42,925 nucleotides of DNA from Tepidisphaeraceae bacterium (GTDB lineage Bacteria > Planctomycetota > Phycisphaerae > Tepidisphaerales > Tepidisphaeraceae): NCBI GenBank assembly GCA_035656825.1, contig DASRRR010000110.1, forward strand, positions 1-42,925. The letters are read 5' to 3'. Shown here in pieces: positions 37,393 to 42,925 of the stretch. A program made the translations under genes and the position numbers. The notes below the pieces were generated by a model that ran no database searches, was not told the DNA's origin, and saw only the letters and a program-made list of their open reading frames with translations. Within the stretch, counting starts at the first letter, position 1. The number at the start of each line of letters is the position of its first letter.

Positions 37393-38346
37393 ATGGGCTT
37401 CTTCTCCAAAACCATCGATAAACTCAAAGGGGCGCTGCGAAAAACCGCCGCCGTCCTGAATACGGACGTGCGCACCCTCTTCGTCCCCGGCCGCCAGATC
37501 AACGACGAGTTCCTCCAGGAAGTCGAAGAAAAACTCCTCCTCGGCGATTTCGGCGTGCAAAACACAATGCGCATCGTCGACGAAATCCGCGACAAATGGC
37601 GCCTCGGCAAAATCCGCAACGCCGGCGAAGCCGAAACCATCGTCCGCGAACAACTCCTCACCGGCTGGGGCGATCCAACATTACGCGAACTCAAATTCGC
37701 CCCCGCGGGCACGCCCACCGTCATCATGGTCTGCGGCGTCAACGGCGCCGGCAAAACCACTAGCATCTCCAAGCTCACCTGGCTCCTCACCCAGCAGATG
37801 CACAAGAAAGTCATGCTCTGTGCCAGCGATACATTCCGCGCCGCCGCCGTCGAGCAGCTTTCCATCTGGGCCGGCCGCCTCGGCGTCGAAATCGTCAAGC
37901 ACAAGATGGGTGCCGACCCCGCCGCCGTCGCCTACGACGCCTGCGAAGCCGCCAAGTCCCGCGGCATGGACGTCCTGATCGTCGACACCGCCGGCCGGCT
38001 GCACACTCAGGACAACCTCATGCGCGAGCTCGCCAAAATCCGCGACGTCATCGCCAAACGCATCCCCGGCGCGCCCCACGAAGTCATCCAAGTCATGGAC
38101 GCCACCGCCGGCCAGAACGCCATCCGCCAGGCGGAAATGTTCCATAAAGCCGTCACGCTCACCGGCCTCTTCGTCGCCAAACTCGACGGCACCGCCAAAG
38201 GCGGCTTCGTCTTCTCCATCCGCGACCAGCTCAAAGTCCCCGTCAAATTCATCGGCCTCGGCGAGACCCCCCAGGACATCGAAACCTTCGACCCCGCTCG
38301 CTTCATTAACGCCCTCTTCGGCGACCCCGGAGCGGCCGAGTCGTGA
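37393..38346 (+). CDS. ftsY: signal recognition particle receptor FtsY (short form without acidic A-domain)
   Basis: MVCGVNGAGKTTSISKL (G1), DTAGR (G3), ...KLDGTAKGG (G4-region). Confidence 0.9.
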   Translation: MGFFSKTIDKLKGALRKTAAVLNTDVRTLFVPGRQINDEFLQEVEEKLLLGDFGVQNTMRIVDEIRDKWRLGKIRNAGEAETIVREQLLTGWGDPTLRELKFAPAGTPTVIMVCGVNGAGKTTSISKLTWLLTQQMHKKVMLCASDTFRAAAVEQLSIWAGRLGVEIVKHKMGADPAAVAYDACEAAKSRGMDVLIVDTAGRLHTQDNLMRELAKIRDVIAKRIPGAPHEVIQVMDATAGQNAIRQAEMFHKAVTLTGLFVAKLDGTAKGGFVFSIRDQLKVPVKFIGLGETPQDIETFDPARFINALFGDPGAAES

Positions 38347-39554
38347 GCGCCCCCGCCACCCAGCGCGACGTCCGCATCGCTTATATCGTCGAAGGAATCG
38401 CCTGCCTCGGCACCAATCTCCTCCTCATCGGCGTCTACTTCTACACCCACTCCCGCCTCGGCTGGACCCTCAAACAAAATTTCCTCCTCGCCACCGGCCA
38501 AGGCCTCGTCGGCGGCGTCGGCTCCCTGCTCGCCCACCCGATCTCCTCCCGCCTCTCCCGCCGCGGCGCCCTCATCGGCATCTACATCGCCATGGCGCTC
38601 CTCCCCGCCATCCTGCTGATGGTCGATTCCGCCGCCGCCATCGCCACGTTGCTCCTGATCTACACGATGGTCGTCAGCCTCAGTTGGCCCATGCTCGAAA
38701 GCTTCGTCGCCACCGGCGTACAACACGAAGAACTCTCCCGCCGCATCGGCATCTACAACCTCGTCTGGTCCGGTGCCGCCGTCCTCATCATCGCCGCCAG
38801 CGGCTGGCTGATTAAGCACATCCCCTCCGCGGTCTTCATCGTCCCACTGGTCGTTCATGCCGTCTCCGCGATCCTGATCATGCTCGTCCGCGAACCGGCC
38901 GACCCGGATGTCGCCCACGAAGCCGTCCACGCCGAACCCGGACTCTTACAACTTCGCCGCCTGGCGCTTGCGCTCTCCCGCGTCTCTCTCCCCGCCACGT
39001 ACGTCGTCATCTACAGCATGATGGCGATGCTTCCCTCATTACCCGCTATCCGCACACTCTCCCCCACCATGGCGACCCTCATCGGCAGCACCTGGATGGC
39101 CGCCCGCTGGCTGACCTTTCTCATCCTCGGCTCGACCGTCTGGTGGCACACCCGCCCGCGCATCCTCGTCGCCGCCGCCATCGCGATGGTCCTCGCTTTC
39201 CTCGGCATCATCCTCCCCGGCTCGCGCGTCTGGATCTGGGCCGGCTCCTCCGACTCTGCCCTGCTCTCCTGGATGATCGCCTCGCAAATCCTCCTCGGCC
39301 TCTGCGTCGGTGCCATCTACGCCGCCAGCCTCTACTTCGGCATGGTCCTCTCCGGCGGCTCGGCTGAACACGCCGGCTACCACGAATCCCTCATCAACTT
39401 CGGCTCCGCCATCGGCCCCATCGCCGGCGTCGTCGCCGAAGTCTGGTACCCCGGCAACATCTACGTCGTCGTCTCCGCCGTCACCGGCGTTGTCGGCCTC
39501 TCGGTCGCCGCCACAGTCTTCACCTCCCTCCTCGCCGGCAAGCGCCAAGCTTAA
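38343..39554 (+). CDS. polytopic membrane protein, probably an MFS-type transporter
   Basis: ~12 hydrophobic segments in 6+6 arrangement; no sharp motif; start overlaps ftsY stop. Confidence 0.45.
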   Translation: MSAPATQRDVRIAYIVEGIACLGTNLLLIGVYFYTHSRLGWTLKQNFLLATGQGLVGGVGSLLAHPISSRLSRRGALIGIYIAMALLPAILLMVDSAAAIATLLLIYTMVVSLSWPMLESFVATGVQHEELSRRIGIYNLVWSGAAVLIIAASGWLIKHIPSAVFIVPLVVHAVSAILIMLVREPADPDVAHEAVHAEPGLLQLRRLALALSRVSLPATYVVIYSMMAMLPSLPAIRTLSPTMATLIGSTWMAARWLTFLILGSTVWWHTRPRILVAAAIAMVLAFLGIILPGSRVWIWAGSSDSALLSWMIASQILLGLCVGAIYAASLYFGMVLSGGSAEHAGYHESLINFGSAIGPIAGVVAEVWYPGNIYVVVSAVTGVVGLSVAATVFTSLLAGKRQA

Positions 39555-39584
39555 TCTCGCATATCGCCAATTCATCGTGATTCC

Positions 39585-39596
39585 TTTCACGTGAAA
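39585..39596. promoter_or_regulatory. perfect 12-bp palindrome TTTCACGTGAAA, followed (39667..39722) by a 15-bp imperfect inverted repeat TTCGGCGGCGGCCGG...CCGGCTCGCCGCCGAA
   Basis: Directly visible in the 200-bp gap upstream of the 39758 membrane-protein gene. Confidence 0.3.
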
Positions 39597-39757
39597 ACGA
39601 CAAGATTTTTCTTCCGCTTTCTATGGGGTGTTTGTCATACTGACAACCACAGGCTTCGTACACCCGTTCGGCGGCGGCCGGCACGTGGTTTTGCGAAAGC
39701 TACTCGCCGGCTCGCCGCCGAACTACAGGAACTTCTCACCCTTCGTGGAGGTCTCGT

Positions 39758-40999
39758 ATGTCGGCAGTATCACCACTCCCACGCGGCTCTCTCACGCCCG
39801 TACGTTCTCTTCTGCGGCTCGTCGTCGATCACAATCCGTTCTACCTTCTCAGCGCCGTCTTCATGATGTCCGGCTGTCTGACCCTCACCAACTCCTTATC
39901 CTACAGCCCCCTCCGAGCCAGCCAACTCCTCGCCCTTGTTCTGACCCTCAACGCTTACGAACTACTGCTCGTCGGCCTGGGTCTCTACCTCATCGTCCGC
40001 CGCGGCGTCCGGCGCGATGGCATGTTCCTCCTCCTCATCGAAGCCGCCTTCCTGGTCGACATGGCCTTCCTTAACGCCGAGGTCTACTCCATCCGTCCCG
40101 CCCTCGGCCTGCTCGTTAACCTCCTCGTCTTCTCCCTCGCGGTCGTCAAACTCACCGCCATCTTCCGCGTCCTGCACTTCTCCACCCGCGACGGCCTGCT
40201 CCCCTTCATTCTCGCCGAACTCTTCATCCTCTTCTCCATCCCCGGCATTTTTGCTCAAGCCGCCCTGGGTCATGACGGCCGCCTCTCCCCCTGGCTCATG
40301 TACGCCGCCTGGTCCCTTCTCGGCATGCTTCCCGCCGCATACATATTCGTCGTCCGCCAACGCCCGCTACTAACGATCCGCTCCGGAAATCTCGTCCGCG
40401 ACGTCCTGACCCGCGTCCTCGTCATCGTCCCGATCATCTCCATCATCGTCCACCTCAGCACCGCCAACTGGGTCTACAAACTCCACTTCAACCTCGCCAA
40501 TATCGCCCCCTTCCTCATCGGCCTCGGTTTCGCCATCGGCCACTACGACAACCACCTTTACACCTACGCCCGCCGCGTCCGCGCCCAGCTCCTCCTCCCC
40601 GCGCTCGCTGTCGCTTTATCCCTCAGCTACCCCGACACCCTCGTCTACGTCATGACCGGCCCGGACTGGTCCCCGCTGCGCCTCGCCCTCGTCGCCGCCG
40701 GCATCGTCTATCTCGAAGGCCTGCGCTTCCATCGCCACATGATCTTCGCCTACGCCGCCGCGTTCTGCGCCATCGCCTTCGGCATGGGCCCCTCCGTCGA
40801 TGACATGCAGCAGAACATCACCGTCACCGCCGAACACACTCAAACCTGGCTCGAACGCCTCACCCCCCGCACCGGCCAGCAATGGGGCGTCCTCTCCGTC
40901 ATCACTAGCTTTCTCCTGCTGGGCATTGGCTTTATCGTCAGCCTCCTCAAGCCCGCAACCGTGCAAATATCCCCCGATGACACGATCCGATCCGATTGA
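39758..40999 (+). CDS. hypothetical integral membrane protein (~10 TM)
   Basis: Long hydrophobic ORF with uniform C-ending codon usage; no family recognised. Confidence 0.45.
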   Translation: MSAVSPLPRGSLTPVRSLLRLVVDHNPFYLLSAVFMMSGCLTLTNSLSYSPLRASQLLALVLTLNAYELLLVGLGLYLIVRRGVRRDGMFLLLIEAAFLVDMAFLNAEVYSIRPALGLLVNLLVFSLAVVKLTAIFRVLHFSTRDGLLPFILAELFILFSIPGIFAQAALGHDGRLSPWLMYAAWSLLGMLPAAYIFVVRQRPLLTIRSGNLVRDVLTRVLVIVPIISIIVHLSTANWVYKLHFNLANIAPFLIGLGFAIGHYDNHLYTYARRVRAQLLLPALAVALSLSYPDTLVYVMTGPDWSPLRLALVAAGIVYLEGLRFHRHMIFAYAAAFCAIAFGMGPSVDDMQQNITVTAEHTQTWLERLTPRTGQQWGVLSVITSFLLLGIGFIVSLLKPATVQISPDDTIRSD

Positions 41000-41121
41000 T
41001 ACAATGTCATGATATTGAGAAGGTCATGCAACAGACGCCAACAACTACTGTGACACGCACCCAATGATCCCCGGCGGCTGAACGCACTTATTATCCATCA
41101 TCACGACCTTCTCAAACAATA

Positions 41122-41150
41122 GACCCCCGGACACACTCCGGGGGTCTTTG
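41122..41150 (+). terminator. Rho-independent terminator
   Basis: GACCCCCGG-acacact-CCGGGGGTC followed by TTTG, ~120 nt after the 39758..40999 gene. Confidence 0.55.
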
Positions 41151-41191
41151 CTTGCATGTACTTTTCTCCTCCTGCACGCCTACGATTCAAC

Positions 41192-42205
41192 ATGGCAACT
41201 GAAACAATCAATGATTCCCAGGACAACGCAGTCGTCATGGACGCCTACTCCAAGGCCGTCATCGGCGCCGTCGACACCGTCGCCCCCGCCGTCGTCAATA
41301 TCGAAGTCGAACGCGAACTCCCCGCCAACCACCCCGCCCGCCGTTCCGGCCAGGAACGCGGCCCCGCCGGCGCCGGCAGCGGTTTCATCATCACCCCCGA
41401 TGGCTTCATCCTCACCAACAGCCACGTCGTCCATGGTGCCGACGGCATCACCATCACGCTCTCCGATGGTTCCAAATACCCCGCCACCCTTGTCGGCGAT
41501 GACCCCGACACTGACCTTGCCGTCATCCACACCACCGCCCCCGGCCTGCACGCCGTCACGCTCGGCGACTCCGCCGCGCTGCGCCCCGGTCAGCTCGTTA
41601 TCGCCATCGGAAACCCCCTCGGCTTCCAGGCGACCGTCACCGCCGGCGTCGTCAGCGCCATGGGCCGCACCTTCCGCTCCAAAAACGGCCGCCTCATCGA
41701 CAACGTCATCCAAACCGACGCCGCCCTCAACCCCGGCAACTCCGGCGGACCCCTCGTTAACTCCCATGGCCAGGTCGTCGGCGTCAACACCGCCATCATC
41801 CCCTCCGCCCAGGGCATCTGCTTTGCCGTCCCAGGAAACACCGCCAAGTGGGTCGCCGCCCGACTCATCCGCGACGGCCACATCCGCCGCGCCTACCTCG
41901 GCGTCGCCGGCCAGGACGTCCCGCTCCAACGCAAAGTCGTCCGCTTTTTCGGCCTGGAAAACCAGTCCGGCGTCCTCATCGTCGGCGTCGAAAATGACTC
42001 CCCCGCCTCCCGCGCCGGGCTCCGCGAAGGCGACATCCTCCTCTCCGTCGACGGCTACGAAGTCGAAACCATCGACGCGCTCCACAAACTCATGAACGAA
42101 GACCGCGTCGGCCAGGTCGTCGGCATCCGACTCCTCCGCGGCACAGAAGTCATCCGCATCGAAGTCACCCCGATTTCGGGACAGCAAAATCCGTCCCCGA
42201 ATTAA
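41192..42205 (+). CDS. HtrA/DegP-family (S1C) serine protease with C-terminal PDZ domain
   Basis: GSGFIITPDGFILTNSHVV (His), DLAVIH (Asp), GNSGGPLVNSHGQVVGVNTAI (Ser), PDZ ...GVLIVGVENDSPASRAGLREGDILLSVDG... Confidence 0.9.
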   Translation: MATETINDSQDNAVVMDAYSKAVIGAVDTVAPAVVNIEVERELPANHPARRSGQERGPAGAGSGFIITPDGFILTNSHVVHGADGITITLSDGSKYPATLVGDDPDTDLAVIHTTAPGLHAVTLGDSAALRPGQLVIAIGNPLGFQATVTAGVVSAMGRTFRSKNGRLIDNVIQTDAALNPGNSGGPLVNSHGQVVGVNTAIIPSAQGICFAVPGNTAKWVAARLIRDGHIRRAYLGVAGQDVPLQRKVVRFFGLENQSGVLIVGVENDSPASRAGLREGDILLSVDGYEVETIDALHKLMNEDRVGQVVGIRLLRGTEVIRIEVTPISGQQNPSPN

Positions 42206-42540
42206 AACGGCAGCGCAATCCGCCGCGTCGTCTCATCCAACGGCACGATCTCCACCCGCAGCGTACTCGCCGGCAGCAGCGACTCCACTCGCGAAGGCCA
42301 TTCCACCACCACCACCCCCCCCTGCTCCAATAACTCCAAAAAACCAATCCCCTCCAGATCATCTGCCCCCGCCGTCCGGTACGCATCCAGATGAAACACC
42401 GTGAGCGAAGCCGTCGGATAAATATTCAGCAGCGTAAACGTCGGCGAAGACACCATCCGCCTATTCCCCCCCAATCCCAGCACCATCCCCCGCACAAACT
42501 GCGTCTTCCCCGCCCCCATCTCCCCCGCCAGCGCCACCAC
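42202..42540 (-). CDS. tsaE: tRNA threonylcarbamoyladenosine biosynthesis protein TsaE; true N-terminus probably extends ~27 codons upstream (to ~42650) but no canonical start codon is found there
   Basis: VVALAGEMGAGKTQFVRGM (P-loop), SSPTFTLLNIY. In-frame upstream codons encode ...FERVSNSVEETEGIAGEFARGLPGGS typical of the TsaE N-terminus, bounded by a stop at 42655..42657 with no ATG/GTG/TTG between. Confidence 0.7.
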   Translation of the reverse strand: MVALAGEMGAGKTQFVRGMVLGLGGNRRMVSSPTFTLLNIYPTASLTVFHLDAYRTAGADDLEGIGFLELLEQGGVVVVEWPSRVESLLPASTLRVEIVPLDETTRRIALPF

Positions 42541-42613
42541 CGACCCGCCCGGCAGTCCGCGCGCAAACTCCCCCGCAATCCCCTCCGTCTCCTCAACCGA
42601 ATTTGAAACACGC

Positions 42614-42925
42614 TCAAAGCGAATGTTCCCACCCCTTACGCGCCAGTGGCCCGACTATCCCATTCTGCCGAATCAACACCTCCCGCCCCTCCGTAATCAC
42701 CCCAATGCGATAAGCATTCGCCGTACTCAAATCCGCGCTCGCACAAGTAAACAAAAGCTCATGATCTTCCCCATCATGCAGCGCATGTTCCAGCGGCGAA
42801 ACCCGATCCCGCCGAAATAGCTCAATCGCATCATCATGAATCGGTATCGCATCCGCCTCAATGATCGCCCCCACTCCCGACTGCTCGCAGATATGCCCCA
42901 GATCGCGCGAAAGCCCATCCGAAAT
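42614..42925 (-). CDS. thiL: thiamine-monophosphate kinase, C-terminal part (gene start beyond window end)
   Basis: ...ISDGLSRDLGHICEQSGVGAIIEADAIPIHDD...GEDHELLFTCASAD... (PurM-like C-domain with the GxDYELLFT hallmark). Confidence 0.6.
   Translation of the reverse strand: MSDGLSRDLGHICEQSGVGAIIEADAIPIHDDAIELFRRDRVSPLEHALHDGEDHELLFTCASADLSTANAYRIGVITEGREVLIRQNGIVGPLARKGWEHSL

Overview
High-GC bacterial chromosomal segment with hallmarks of the Planctomycetes-Verrucomicrobia-Chlamydiae (PVC) superphylum: two PEP-CTERM proteins, a prepilin-leader H-X9-DG (DUF1559) protein and a BatA-like double-TM/vWA protein. Main content, in order: a transposase C-terminal stub and a polypyrimidine tract at the left edge; a flotillin/SPFH gene; a 1.1-kaa SNF2-family helicase; tRNA-Gly(TCC); a BatA-like vWA protein; an RND efflux pair (adaptor + permease, no outer-membrane factor); a GH92 alpha-mannosidase; an amidohydrolase; a PEP-CTERM protein; a DUF1559 protein; a lower-GC islet holding a perfectly phased 10 x 21-bp iteron-like tandem array and small membrane proteins; a second PEP-CTERM gene bracketed by ~155-bp direct repeats derived from the 3' end of a neighbouring sugar-phosphate isomerase gene; SDR; a CXXCH secreted protein; an MFS transporter; a GT2/GT4/UbiA glycolipid-type locus; an operon ribH-sulfotransferase-P450-nusB in which two tailoring-type enzymes sit inside the otherwise conserved ribH-nusB pair; ftsY; membrane proteins; HtrA protease; tsaE; partial thiL. 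No CRISPR array, no rRNA. The window shows an extreme, block-wise strand compositional asymmetry (third codon positions almost purely C/A-ending in some blocks and G/T-ending in others), switching several times within 43 kb, with at least two switches apparently inside genes. The most system-like novelties are the iteron-like array in the lower-GC islet, the repeat-flanked PEP-CTERM cassette, and the sulfotransferase + P450 pair embedded in the ribH-nusB operon.
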